Below are positions 1 to 9,452 of a DNA stretch of 64,000 nucleotides, in pieces. Source of the stretch: Ostreococcus lucimarinus (lineage: Eukaryota); assembly GCA_000092065.1 (NCBI GenBank), contig CP000588.1; one strand, given 5' to 3'. Each line of letters starts with the position of its first letter. Position 1 is the stretch's first letter. The notes below the pieces were generated by a model that made no database searches, was not told where the DNA came from, and saw only the letters and a program-made list of their open reading frames with translations. A program made the position numbers and the translations under genes.

Positions 1-398
1 ACGGGGAGAAGGATGAAACGGGCGAGGGAATCGTCGTCGGGATCGAGCACATCGAGGAATTGGTGGTCGACAGTCTGAAAAACGTCGAGCGGGACGGTAA
101 AGGTCGATTGTTGGAGACGAAACGGTTGATGCTTTTCGCGGGAGACGGGCGAAATGGGTACAAACCCGAGGCTCCGTATGACGCAATTCACGTTGGAGCG
201 TCGACGCCGAGTGTTCCGGATGCGCTTCTTGAGCAACTCGCCGTCGGAGGTCGTCTCGTGATTCCAGTCGGCGATTCGAGCGGGCAGGCGTTGAAGGTGA
301 TCGATCGACTCGAAGATGGCACCTTTAAGCGGCGAACGGAGATGGGGGTGATTTACGTGCCCTTGACCGATCGCGCGTCGCAGCTCTCTCTTTTCTGA
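1..398 (+). CDS. PCMT: protein-L-isoaspartate O-methyltransferase (PIMT), C-terminal part; the CDS continues upstream of the window
   Basis: The translation ...VVGIEHIEELVVDSLKNVERDG...GDGRNGYKPEAPYDAIHVGASTPSVPDALLEQLAVGGRLVIPVG...GVIYVPLTDRASQ aligns along its whole length with the C-terminal half of animal and plant PIMT. The reading frame stays open back to nucleotide 3, so the gene is 5'-truncated by the window. The track ORF 60..398 begins at a TTG, not a real start codon. Confidence 0.85.
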   Translation, partial: GEKDETGEGIVVGIEHIEELVVDSLKNVERDGKGRLLETKRLMLFAGDGRNGYKPEAPYDAIHVGASTPSVPDALLEQLAVGGRLVIPVGDSSGQALKVIDRLEDGTFKRRTEMGVIYVPLTDRASQLSLF

Positions 399-546
399 CC
401 GATCGGCGTACCGTTTGATTAGACGCGCGCTTGAGAGTTTTACCCATTACAGCATCGCTCTCGAGAGTTTTGTCCTATGCGGCATCGCTCGCCTAGAAAC
501 GTTGAAAACGCGATTGATTACATTTCTTCTTCTAAGTACCACAACT

Positions 547-3500
547 CTACGCCTTTGCGACGCTAAACAAGTCGGCGAGCGAAATCCACATGTACGAACT
601 CTTGTTCATAATCTTTTCGAGCTTTTCGTGCGCCCCGTCTAATGCAATTTCCAACCCAGGCGCCTCGGAAATCTTTTTACGGAACTCGGCGCGTTCATCC
701 TTGCTCTTATTACTGCGCTCAGCTTCCTTGATGGACAGCAATCGCTTGTAATATAAAAGTTGGTTGTACAATTCGTCCTCTGGGATGCTCTTCTCCATCG
801 TGCCCTTGGACATCGGGTCAGCGCTCAAAGTGCCTGTCAATTCCGCGTTGGTGTGATGGCAACGAAGCGTGATGTTGCGCGTCTCCGTCGCATCGACGTC
901 GTCGTCCGATCGAAGCGGGGCTGCGTAGAACTCCTTGATGCGTTCGCGAACGGCGAGACTGACCTGGTTTGCCAATGAGGCGGCATCGATCGTTTCCGTC
1001 CTCAACGCCGTCTTGCCTTGAGCCGGCGCGTTTTCCTTGCCCGCGCCGGGCGTCGGCGGCGCCAACACCTCGGTCGCGGACATCTTGTCATCCATGACTT
1101 CACGAATTCCACGGAAATCAAACTCGACGCCTGTGCGCGTGCGAAGCTTCAGAGGCTTACACTTGGCAAAGCGCTCTTCGTCATCCAACGCGAATCTACC
1201 ACCGCCAAACGTGTCGTCGTACTCGTCCTCATCGCGTGTTTGCGTTTTAAACTTGTTCGAGTCCAACCCGAGGCATTCCGCCATCGCGGCGCCGTCGGTT
1301 TCCTCAATCGGGGCGCACAAACGAGTTATCACGGGATGGACTTGCTGAGACAAGTAGTAGTGCAAATCAACCTTCAAACCCTTCTCGAGGATTTCGTCGG
1401 GATGATAGGCCCGCTCGGCCAAGCCCTTTCCACCAGAGGCGCCGGCTTTTCCCGCGGCGATGTCCTCGAGCGGCAGCTCGCTTTCCAGCGCGATGATGTA
1501 CGGCACAGTCTCTCCCGCCTTGACGCCATCTTGTTTACCAGCCTCCAATCGACGTTTGGCTACCATGACGTGCGGCTGATGCTTTGCGTCGGGGTACTCT
1601 TCAACCGCCTTCGTGAGTTGCTTCGTGATGATGTACTTGGACAACTGCACGCGGTTTTCAACCATGTCCTTTCGGATCGTACGTAAACCGTCGTGAATCG
1701 CGTTCACGCGCTCTTCGCGTTCACCATCCACATCAAGAAGTTCTTCGAGAGTTTGTTTACCAACGTCCTTCACCAGCGGCGCCCAATCACGACGAACGAT
1801 ATCGAGACCCTTCATCTCGAGCTTCGTCGCCTTGGTTCCATTCGGTCCGTTGACAACCTTCATGGCGGCGTACTTCTTCTTCTTCAACAGCAACATCGAT
1901 CGGAAGATGTAATCTTCCTCCAAAACCAATTTCCGATATTCTTTGTTGACGAAACGAATGAGTTTGTTTCCGAGCGCCCTAGAATGATTCAAATCGTGAG
2001 ACTTGGTGTTCACCATAATGGAATCCGTATCGCCGTAAATGACGTCCAGCTCGCACTTCGCTTTCGCGAGATCCTCCGTGCGCTGAAGAATCTTACGACC
2101 TTGCGCCGTGATCAACGCCGCAATGGGCTCGGCAAAAAAGCGCGACTGACTAAAACCCAAGCAACCGTACATGGAGTTTGCGGTGAGCTTGAGAGCCAGC
2201 TGGCGAAGATCATACTGCTTTGCGCGCGCCGGATCTTTTTCGCGAGCCATCAATCCTTTCACTTCTCTACGGCTTTGCACAATGTTCGCGATGACTTTCG
2301 GCAGGACGGCGAAGTCCTTGTCGCTTAAGATCGGCGCGGGTAGTTCAATTTCGGTGTTTTCTTCGCCCGCGTCGAAATGTCGCCGCACCGTGGTGTAGCA
2401 AATGTTGTACTCTTGAATAATCGACGGGTACAACGACTGGTAATCGAGGACGAGGACAAAGGTGTCGTACAGGCCCTTCTTCGGCTCAAGCACCCGGCCA
2501 CCCGCGTAAGACGGACCCTTCTTACCGCCATCATCCTCTTCTTCACCGCTCGCCGCGGCGACGCGGCGACGTTCCTTGGCACTTAAACGATCGGGGACGA
2601 TGTGCTTGCGACTGTGGAATTCGTGAAGCAAGAGGTACTCGACGCGCTGAGCGCGCGTGTGCCCGAGCGTCTTACTCCAAAGGTTACCGGCGATGTTCGA
2701 CAGCTGCTTCGTCAACGGGACGACTTCCATCTTAAACATCAGATGCAAACTCAACTTTGCGTCGATTTCCGTGCACTTGATCAAATGCATGAGAGCGTTC
2801 GTGTCTTGATAACGGTTGGGGATTTCGGCGCTCGGCACTTCTTCTCGTCGTACGCCAAGTTGCGTTTCAGAGAGCGACGTAAGCGTGTAAGACACCTCCT
2901 TGCCCAACAAATCTTTCGCACTCAAGTACGTATCCGCTAAAAGTCTTCCAGCGAGACACTGCAACGCGCCCATGGACGCACCTCCTCCGTAAGCACCTCC
3001 AGAGCCGTTGATGTTTGGCATGCGCGTACGTTTCATGCGACCGATGCGGCTCCAATGGCCAATCTTGTTCGCCTGAAATCGGCGAAGCAACACTTCGAGA
3101 TTGAAACCGCCGATGTTGTGACCGACGATGACATCCGGGTCGAGTTGGTGCAACTTTGCCAAAAGAAAGTTGAGCAAACCGAGTTCGTTGTTCTGCGCGG
3201 CGAGGACGACGGAGCCTGTACGCTTGGCGATGACATTGGTGTTGTTCTCGTGCGCGACTGCATTTTGCCATCCCGGAGGCATCTCCAGTCCATCGAGCTT
3301 GCGCACGACGGTAAAATGACGTAAACCGGTCTTCAGTTGCGCCGCCGTTGTGGATCCTTCGCAGTTTACGTCGCGAATGTACTGCACCGAGGCGACTGCG
3401 ATTTCGTTCACGTTGGTTTGCTGATTGACGATCGTCTGCAGGTTCAACGAAGCAACGGTGAGACGCGGCGCTGGGCGCGATGCGATGGCTTCGAGACAAG

Positions 3501-5199
3501 GGCGCACACTCTTGTGTGCGTTCGGCAGTGTGAGCTCGAGTTTGCACCAAGACTTTTGCTTCTCCGTCGGAACGATGGCGGCGCCGTGAAGCGCGATCCA
3601 ACTCGGGCCCTTGAGCTTAGACTTGAGCGTGAGAAGTTCCAACATGGGAGCCTGCGTGCCCAAAGCGGCGACGAAGTGCTTACCCTTGATATCGCTCGGA
3701 AACGCTGCGTAAGTCGCCGGGATCTTCACTTTGAGCACGAACAACGGACCTTGCGGAATGTCCTTGCGCTCAAAGCAATAGCGTCGGCGGACGATGGTGA
3801 TCTTCGAGTTCTCAATCTTTCGCGCCTTCAAGACTTCTTTGACTTCGGCGCGAAGGTCACCGGACAAAGGCACGAGTTTTTTCATGAGATCAGATTTCGC
3901 CTTTTGAGCCGCAATTCTCTTTTCCTCCTTCTTGTCGTCCGAATCCGCGCACGACTTGAATTCGCGCCGCGTTTCCTCCATCATTTGCCCCAGCGCTTCC
4001 AACTCTCCATCAGGATCAGCGAACGTAGACGCGGTCGGAACGATGTACATGCATCTTTGCATGTTCTGCACCACCGCACACGCACTGATGGTCTCCGACT
4101 GCGGATCGCTCGACACCGGCACACGACCGAAGAGGAACACTGTGCCGGGGGATTCGCGCTCTTCTTGCGCATCCATGAAGAAGAAGGGCGTCGAACCGTC
4201 CGAATCTCTAGGGAGCTCCGCACCATTGAACGTCACAGGGCCGGCATCTTGCGTCACGGGACCGACATCCTCTGGCTCTTCGTCTTCGTCGAGCGTTTTG
4301 AGAATTGATTCGGGTTCCGGCGGCCGTTGCCCGGCGTCGGTTTTGACAATTTTCACCGACTTCTTCGTTTCAGCGCTCAACGGCTCGGCTTCGGGCATGG
4401 CGACATCTATATCGACGTCATCATTTTCAATCGCACCGTCGTCTTCGTCGTCGAATGCGCCGACATCTCCCGTGGGCAAATCTTCGTCCTCTTCCTCGAT
4501 TTCAAATCGAACTGATTTCTTCGCGCTGCTCCCGGGCGTCTTAGCCGGCGAACGCGCGATCGTCGCCGCGGTAGACGCCGCGACAGCCTTACGCGGTGAA
4601 CGTCGCGGTGCAACAGGCGGAACATACGGCTTTGTCTTCGGCTTGGGCGCCGACACTACCATCGGCGCCGTCGACCCGACGTCCATGTCCACGCCGGCGA
4701 GAATATCTTCCAACATCGCGTCCGTATCCGCTTCTGCCGCCAAATCATCCAACTTCTTCTTCTTCGGCACTCCACCGACGAGCATCCCAGCCTTACTCTT
4801 CGCGTTCGCGTTCGCCTTCTTCGCCTTCTCCTTCGCGCTCAGCTTCTTTTTCGGTTCCGGCGCCGCCTTTTGCGCCTTTCTCCCGTCGGCGTCGTACTCT
4901 TCGTCGTCTGAATAATTCTCATTCGCCGCCGTCCAATCTTCCTCCTCCCCCAGATCCTCGTATCCCTCGCCATCATCGTTCACCACGAATCCCGCTCCCT
5001 CCTCGCGTCGTTTCGCCACTAACGCTCGATATTGTTCCTCGTCCAACTCCTCGTACACGTCCTCGATCGCGTCCGCCTCGGCGTCCACCTCATCGATTCT
5101 CGATCGCTTCCCGCCGCCCTCGCGCAGCTCGCGAAGCTTCGCCGTCGCCGCGAGCGCTTTCGCCGCCTTGGACGAGCCCGCGCGTCGGCTCCCGCTCAT
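547..5199 (-). CDS. POLA1: DNA polymerase alpha catalytic subunit (family B replicative polymerase)
   Basis: A 1550-aa uninterrupted ORF with an ATG start. It carries the family-B motifs ...SLYPSII..., ...YGDTDS..., ...KKKYA... and an exonuclease-like N-domain. The acidic, K-rich N-terminus is typical of Pol alpha. A Cys-rich Zn module is expected at the C-terminus. Confidence 0.95.
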   Translation of the reverse strand: MSGSRRAGSSKAAKALAATAKLRELREGGGKRSRIDEVDAEADAIEDVYEELDEEQYRALVAKRREEGAGFVVNDDGEGYEDLGEEEDWTAANENYSDDEEYDADGRKAQKAAPEPKKKLSAKEKAKKANANAKSKAGMLVGGVPKKKKLDDLAAEADTDAMLEDILAGVDMDVGSTAPMVVSAPKPKTKPYVPPVAPRRSPRKAVAASTAATIARSPAKTPGSSAKKSVRFEIEEEDEDLPTGDVGAFDDEDDGAIENDDVDIDVAMPEAEPLSAETKKSVKIVKTDAGQRPPEPESILKTLDEDEEPEDVGPVTQDAGPVTFNGAELPRDSDGSTPFFFMDAQEERESPGTVFLFGRVPVSSDPQSETISACAVVQNMQRCMYIVPTASTFADPDGELEALGQMMEETRREFKSCADSDDKKEEKRIAAQKAKSDLMKKLVPLSGDLRAEVKEVLKARKIENSKITIVRRRYCFERKDIPQGPLFVLKVKIPATYAAFPSDIKGKHFVAALGTQAPMLELLTLKSKLKGPSWIALHGAAIVPTEKQKSWCKLELTLPNAHKSVRPCLEAIASRPAPRLTVASLNLQTIVNQQTNVNEIAVASVQYIRDVNCEGSTTAAQLKTGLRHFTVVRKLDGLEMPPGWQNAVAHENNTNVIAKRTGSVVLAAQNNELGLLNFLLAKLHQLDPDVIVGHNIGGFNLEVLLRRFQANKIGHWSRIGRMKRTRMPNINGSGGAYGGGASMGALQCLAGRLLADTYLSAKDLLGKEVSYTLTSLSETQLGVRREEVPSAEIPNRYQDTNALMHLIKCTEIDAKLSLHLMFKMEVVPLTKQLSNIAGNLWSKTLGHTRAQRVEYLLLHEFHSRKHIVPDRLSAKERRRVAAASGEEEDDGGKKGPSYAGGRVLEPKKGLYDTFVLVLDYQSLYPSIIQEYNICYTTVRRHFDAGEENTEIELPAPILSDKDFAVLPKVIANIVQSRREVKGLMAREKDPARAKQYDLRQLALKLTANSMYGCLGFSQSRFFAEPIAALITAQGRKILQRTEDLAKAKCELDVIYGDTDSIMVNTKSHDLNHSRALGNKLIRFVNKEYRKLVLEEDYIFRSMLLLKKKKYAAMKVVNGPNGTKATKLEMKGLDIVRRDWAPLVKDVGKQTLEELLDVDGEREERVNAIHDGLRTIRKDMVENRVQLSKYIITKQLTKAVEEYPDAKHQPHVMVAKRRLEAGKQDGVKAGETVPYIIALESELPLEDIAAGKAGASGGKGLAERAYHPDEILEKGLKVDLHYYLSQQVHPVITRLCAPIEETDGAAMAECLGLDSNKFKTQTRDEDEYDDTFGGGRFALDDEERFAKCKPLKLRTRTGVEFDFRGIREVMDDKMSATEVLAPPTPGAGKENAPAQGKTALRTETIDAASLANQVSLAVRERIKEFYAAPLRSDDDVDATETRNITLRCHHTNAELTGTLSADPMSKGTMEKSIPEDELYNQLLYYKRLLSIKEAERSNKSKDERAEFRKKISEAPGLEIALDGAHEKLEKIMNKSSYMWISLADLFSVAKA

Positions 5200-5232
5200 C
5201 GCGCACGGCGCGCGCGCGTCGATGACGTGCGG

Positions 5233-5254
5233 CTGATTTTGAATTCAAAATCAG
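5233..5254. promoter_or_regulatory. 22-bp perfect palindrome CTGATTTTGAATTCAAAATCAG about 35 bp upstream of the POLA1 ATG; candidate regulatory element
   Basis: The sequence is exactly self-complementary and is AT-rich in a GC-rich context. A related half-site GATTTTTTGAATTG recurs at about 5436..5449. Confidence 0.4.
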
Positions 5255-5270
5255 TCGACGATTGGCGACG

Positions 5271-5280
5271 TTTCGCGCGC
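5271..5280. promoter_or_regulatory. E2F-like site TTTCGCGCGC upstream of POLA1; a second copy lies at about 5497..5506
   Basis: It matches the E2F consensus TTTSSCGC. Replication genes such as POLA1 are classic E2F targets in plants and animals. Both copies lie in the 5199..5575 intergenic region. Confidence 0.35.
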
Positions 5281-5574
5281 GTCGCGTCGGCGCGCGGCGC
5301 GTTCGAGCGACGAGCGCGCGACGAGCGCGCGCGCGCGCTCGAGTCCGGTCGATGCGACGCGGCGCGGGCGTCGAGACGCGGTGTGCGCGTCGCGGTTTGA
5401 CGAAACCGTAGCGACAGCTGGAGAGGGTTAAGGCGGATTTTTTGAATTGTCCGCGCCGGTCGCTCCGAAGCGCGAACGCGGGCAATCGAGGTAGGATTTC
5501 GCGCGCGTTGAGCGCGGACGCGCGCGTTGAGGTGAAAACTAAATTACACCGACGACGTCCCGCGGCGCGCGCGA

Positions 5575-6420
5575 TCACAAACCGCGCTCGAGGGCGCGAT
5601 CGAGCTTTTGCGCGACGACGTCGAACCAGCGTTGGTCGCTCGGCGTCAAACCGCGCTGCGTTCGTGAGCCGATGACGAGCACGGCGCCGTCGCCGATCGG
5701 ACGCACGCACACGGCTTGCGTGTTCACGGGAAAGAATCGCTCGAACTCGACGCGACCCGGGAAGAGGATGAGATTGGCTAGATAGTTGGGCGCGGCGTCT
5801 CGCGCGGCGGCGGCGCAAATCGGACCGAGCTCGACGTCTCGCGTCAACGCCTCGGGATCGCGCAGCGCGTTCGCCGCGATCCCCGCTTGCATGACGCGTC
5901 GTCCATCCTTCGTGAAAACCGCCATGACGTCACAATTCGTCGACTCGCGCGCGGCGTCCCACGCCCACGCTAACTCGTCCCGGAGCGCCTTCGTCGCCGT
6001 CGCCGCGTAATACGGCGTCTCCAATCGCGTCCCCACCAACTCCACCACGTTCGGTGGTTTCGTCTTCAGCGCGATCCACGTCAATCCGGTGAGCACTAAG
6101 CACGCGGACATCGCGAGACAGATGACGTCGGCGCGAGACTGCGCGCTCGACGCGTCCGCCACCGGCGCGACGCCGCTCAGCGCGCGGTTCGCCAGCAGCG
6201 CCACCGCGCTCACCGCGCCGAACGCCGCGGGCGACGCGCGCGCGACGTCGGCGTAACGCTGCAACGGTTCCGCGGGGTCGTCGTCGCCCGCGGCGCGCGG
6301 TCGAGGCGCCGCGCGCCGTCGCGAGAGGCGCAGCGGTCGGCGCGACGTCGACGTCGACGCGCGCGCGCACGACGCGACGCGCGACGCGACGGCGGCGGCG
6401 CGCGGCGCCGTCGTCGTCAT
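5575..6420 (-). CDS. hypothetical organelle-targeted single-pass membrane protein (about 281 aa) with a conserved-looking C-terminal domain; possible DUF2930/CCB-like protein
   Basis: The track ORF 5575..6999 overlaps the MFS gene and has an Arg-rich, implausible N-terminus. The first ATG downstream of the MFS stop (cat at 6418..6420) gives MTTTAPRAAAVASRVAS..., an Ala/Arg/Ser-rich presequence. A hydrophobic helix LAMSACLVLTGLTWIAL follows, then a globular domain ...LAWAWDAARESTNCDVMAVFTKDGRRVMQAGI...ILFPGRVEFERFFPVNTQAVCVRPIGDGAVLVIGS.... Confidence 0.45.
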   Translation of the reverse strand: MTTTAPRAAAVASRVASCARASTSTSRRPLRLSRRRAAPRPRAAGDDDPAEPLQRYADVARASPAAFGAVSAVALLANRALSGVAPVADASSAQSRADVICLAMSACLVLTGLTWIALKTKPPNVVELVGTRLETPYYAATATKALRDELAWAWDAARESTNCDVMAVFTKDGRRVMQAGIAANALRDPEALTRDVELGPICAAAARDAAPNYLANLILFPGRVEFERFFPVNTQAVCVRPIGDGAVLVIGSRTQRGLTPSDQRWFDVVAQKLDRALERGL

Positions 6421-6587
6421 TCGCGCCGTTCGACGCCGGCGCGCGGCGGTCGCGCGCGCGGGTGTGTGAACGGCGCGCGGACGCGCGGGACGGCGACGCC
6501 GCGACGCGTCGGCGACGCGGCTTCGGCGACGCTCGAGCGATCGATCGGGCGGAAATAATGTACAGTGCACGTTGAAGAAATCTAAAG

Positions 6588-8006
6588 CTACGTCGGTAAG
6601 AGCCTGTCGTCGACGTCGCGCGAGTCGTCGTCGTCGTCGTCGTCTAAGACGCGTTGTCGGCGCGCGTCGCCGCCGGCTCGCCGCGCCGCCGTCGCGAAGA
6701 CGCCCGCGGCGACGACGAATAAGAGCGTGAACGTCGAACACATGGTTCGCCAGCGCTCGGGCGTGGGGGCGCCATCGCGCTCGAGGAAGTGCCCGAAGAG
6801 CGGCGGCGATGGGACGTCGCCGAAGAGGTGAATGGTGACGGTGGTCATCGAACACGCGAGCGGGCGCAGACGCGCGGGGACGCTCCAGAGCACGACGGCG
6901 TTGATCGGCGCCTGTAACGCGAAAGCGAACATTTGTCCGATGAGCAAGCACACCGCGAACGATGCGAACGTTTGACACCTGAAAGCGAGCTCGAGGCACA
7001 CGAATCCCCCGACGGCGGCGATGGCGGACGTGCGCAACGCCGTCGCCGTCGAGCTCCCCAACTTGTCCACGACGCCGCCGCCGAGAAGCGTGCCCGCGAT
7101 CCCGCTCACGACGGTGATCGCACCGAGGAGCATGTCCGCGTTCGTCGACGTGTGTAACTCATCTCGAAATATCGCGAACCCGGCTTTCGGTCCCCACGCC
7201 GCGTACACGCCGATGACGGCGGTGTACGCGGCGTACCCGAGCACGACGACGACGTACGTCTCGCGCACGAACAACTCTTTACAATCTCGCGCGAACGCGC
7301 GCGTCAACGACGCCACCGTCGACGTCGCCGCCGCCTCGCGCGCATTCGCATCGCCTCCGACGCCTCGCATGCGCACCGCCGGACGCCAGAAGCAGTACGC
7401 CGCCGCGGGCGCCATCGCGCACGCGTTCAACCCGAACGCCCATCGCCACCCCATCGCCGGCGTCACCGCCCCCCCGAACGCGATCCCGAACGCCACCCCG
7501 AACGGCACGCACGCGTAGAACATCGCCAACCACATCGTCTTCGCGCCTTTCGGCGCTTTATCATCGATGAACGGCGCCGCGAGCGCGATAAAACTCGCCT
7601 CTCCCGCGCCCACCAGCGCGCGCGCCGCGAACGCCCACCCGCACGTCGGCGCCAGCGCGCATCCGAGCTCCCCCACCGCCGCCATCGCCAGCCCGATCGC
7701 GATCAATCTGAACGCGCACGCTTTATTCGCCATCGCGCTGAACGCGGGCGCGCCCGAGAGCAGTCCGATCATGAACGCCGCGTTCAGCGCTCCGTACGCC
7801 GCGTACGAGCACCCGAGCGCGCCCTGCAAGCCTCGCCCCGCGGGCTCGCGCGCGCTCCTCGGCGCCCCGCTCACCGCGGCCGAGCTCGCGATCCCTCGAT
7901 CGACGTACACCAGCGCGCTGACGAGCATGAAGAGTCCCAGCAGCGCCTCGGCGCTCGCGGCGTCGTCGACGTCGTCGTCGGACGGCGATTCCCCGCGCGG
8001 CGTCAT
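6588..8006 (-). CDS. major facilitator superfamily transporter, Spinster-like
   Basis: A 472-aa ORF with an ATG start and about 12 hydrophobic segments. It has the MFS signature region ...LLGLFMLVSALVYVDRGIASSA...LGCSYAAYGALNAAFMIGLLSGAPAF.... The conserved VYVDRG block near TM1 is characteristic of Spinster/SPNS-type MFS proteins. Confidence 0.8.
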   Translation of the reverse strand: MTPRGESPSDDDVDDAASAEALLGLFMLVSALVYVDRGIASSAAVSGAPRSAREPAGRGLQGALGCSYAAYGALNAAFMIGLLSGAPAFSAMANKACAFRLIAIGLAMAAVGELGCALAPTCGWAFAARALVGAGEASFIALAAPFIDDKAPKGAKTMWLAMFYACVPFGVAFGIAFGGAVTPAMGWRWAFGLNACAMAPAAAYCFWRPAVRMRGVGGDANAREAAATSTVASLTRAFARDCKELFVRETYVVVVLGYAAYTAVIGVYAAWGPKAGFAIFRDELHTSTNADMLLGAITVVSGIAGTLLGGGVVDKLGSSTATALRTSAIAAVGGFVCLELAFRCQTFASFAVCLLIGQMFAFALQAPINAVVLWSVPARLRPLACSMTTVTIHLFGDVPSPPLFGHFLERDGAPTPERWRTMCSTFTLLFVVAAGVFATAARRAGGDARRQRVLDDDDDDDSRDVDDRLLPT

Positions 8007-8129
8007 CGCGTCGTCGTCGCGCGCGCGCCGTACCGGGGAATCGTCAGGTCGGGCGACGCGACGCGGTGCACGCAGCTCGCGCCCGCGAGCAGGCTGGCGA
8101 GGCTCACGACGTACGCGCGCGCGGGGAGC

Positions 8130-9368
8130 ATGCGCGGCGATGTGATGCGCCGCGCCGCACTTTTCCGCGCGTCGCGCGTCATGGCGTACGCGACGCTCGA
8201 CGCGCGCGCGCTGGGCGATTGGAACGCGAACACCGCGCGCGCCGCGACGACGGCGTACGCGCGCCGCGACGCGCTCGACGCGACGGAGTCGTTTTTCGAT
8301 GGATTTTCGTGGCAGCGCGAGGGACGGTTCGGAATGTCGTACGACGTCGCGCGACGCGCGTTCGCCGTGTTTCGCGAGCGCGACGACGAGAGCGTCGGCG
8401 TGACGCGCGCGCGGACGGGCGAGCGCGCGTACGACGCGGCGATATCGCCGAACGAGGACGTGTTCGCGGCGACGGCGCGGGACGCGCCGACGACGACGCG
8501 GCGCGCCGACGGCGACGGGGAAATCGTCGCGTCGTACGTCAGCGTCGATCGACGGAGCGATGAACCGCGATCGGCGTGCGGCGTGGGATACGTGTGCGGG
8601 GGGACGATGCTGGCGTGCGGCGTGGATGGGGCGGTGGATGTGTTCGACGTGACGAGGCCCGGGCGAACGCCGGCGACGCGCGCGGAGACTCGAAGTAGGG
8701 ACGATTTAGATGGGGGAGGGCAACGGGGATTGGTGTCGTGCGTCGACGCGTGTCCGACGGAGAATCATTTGTTTTGCGCGGGGTCGTACGCGGGAGGGCG
8801 AGACGCGATCGATTGTGGGGTGTACGACGCGCGCGCGGAGGGCGGTCGCGCGTGCAGTTGGTCCGCGCGCGGCGGCGGCGTCACGCAAGTTCGATGGAGC
8901 GTCGATGGAAATTTTATTTACACCGCGAGTCGCAGAAGTGATGACATTTTGTGCGTGGACGTGAGAAATACGCTCGGTGTGGTGTACGCGCTGAAACGCG
9001 CGGCGCACGGGACGAATCAAAGGATTCGGTTTGATTTAGAGCCGTGCGGCGCGCACTTAGTCACCGGCGGCGTCGACGGATTCGTGCGCGCGTTCGATTT
9101 GCGCACGGGCGAAGAGGTCGGCCGCACGCAAGTATCCCCGAACGGTGCGTGCGTGAACGCGGTTTCGTTTCATCCGTATTCGTGCGCCGTCGCGGGCTCG
9201 AGCGAGAAATTTCGCCGACTCGCGTGCGTCGTCGGCGAGCGCGTCTTCGTCGACGTTTCCGGTGATGACTCCGACTCCGACGACTCCGACGACTCCGACG
9301 CCGTTAAACGGAACGATTTCGGCGTGTCTTTTTGGGATTACCCGACGATCGAAGCGTCGTGGGCGTGA
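8130..9368 (+). CDS. WD40 repeat protein of unknown function, with an acidic/Ser C-terminal tail
   Basis: ATG start. WD-like repeats are present (...LVSCVDACPTENHLFCAGSYAGG..., ...VTQVRWSVDGNFIYTASRRSDDILCVDVRN..., ...AHLVTGGVDGFVRAFDLRTGEEV..., ...VNAVSFHPYSCAVAGSS...). A (GAC/TCC)n run encodes DDSDSDDSDDSD near the end. Confidence 0.6.
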   Translation: MRGDVMRRAALFRASRVMAYATLDARALGDWNANTARAATTAYARRDALDATESFFDGFSWQREGRFGMSYDVARRAFAVFRERDDESVGVTRARTGERAYDAAISPNEDVFAATARDAPTTTRRADGDGEIVASYVSVDRRSDEPRSACGVGYVCGGTMLACGVDGAVDVFDVTRPGRTPATRAETRSRDDLDGGGQRGLVSCVDACPTENHLFCAGSYAGGRDAIDCGVYDARAEGGRACSWSARGGGVTQVRWSVDGNFIYTASRRSDDILCVDVRNTLGVVYALKRAAHGTNQRIRFDLEPCGAHLVTGGVDGFVRAFDLRTGEEVGRTQVSPNGACVNAVSFHPYSCAVAGSSEKFRRLACVVGERVFVDVSGDDSDSDDSDDSDAVKRNDFGVSFWDYPTIEASWA

Positions 9369-9452
9369 CGACTCCGAAAGTAGCCTTCGCCTTGAAATCC
9401 AAAGTAGCCTTAGCCTCAGAATCACGCTCGCCCGCGTCGATTTTCGTCAGCC

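Noticed and set aside
415-642. 75-aa plus-strand ORF in the PIMT/POLA1 convergent 3' spacer
   Set aside because: It lies in the AT-richer 3' UTR zone, is hydrophobic and low-complexity, and has no domain signal. Its 3' end overlaps the POLA1 stop. The short GAGAGTTTT / GCATCGCTC direct repeats here look like UTR sequence, not coding.
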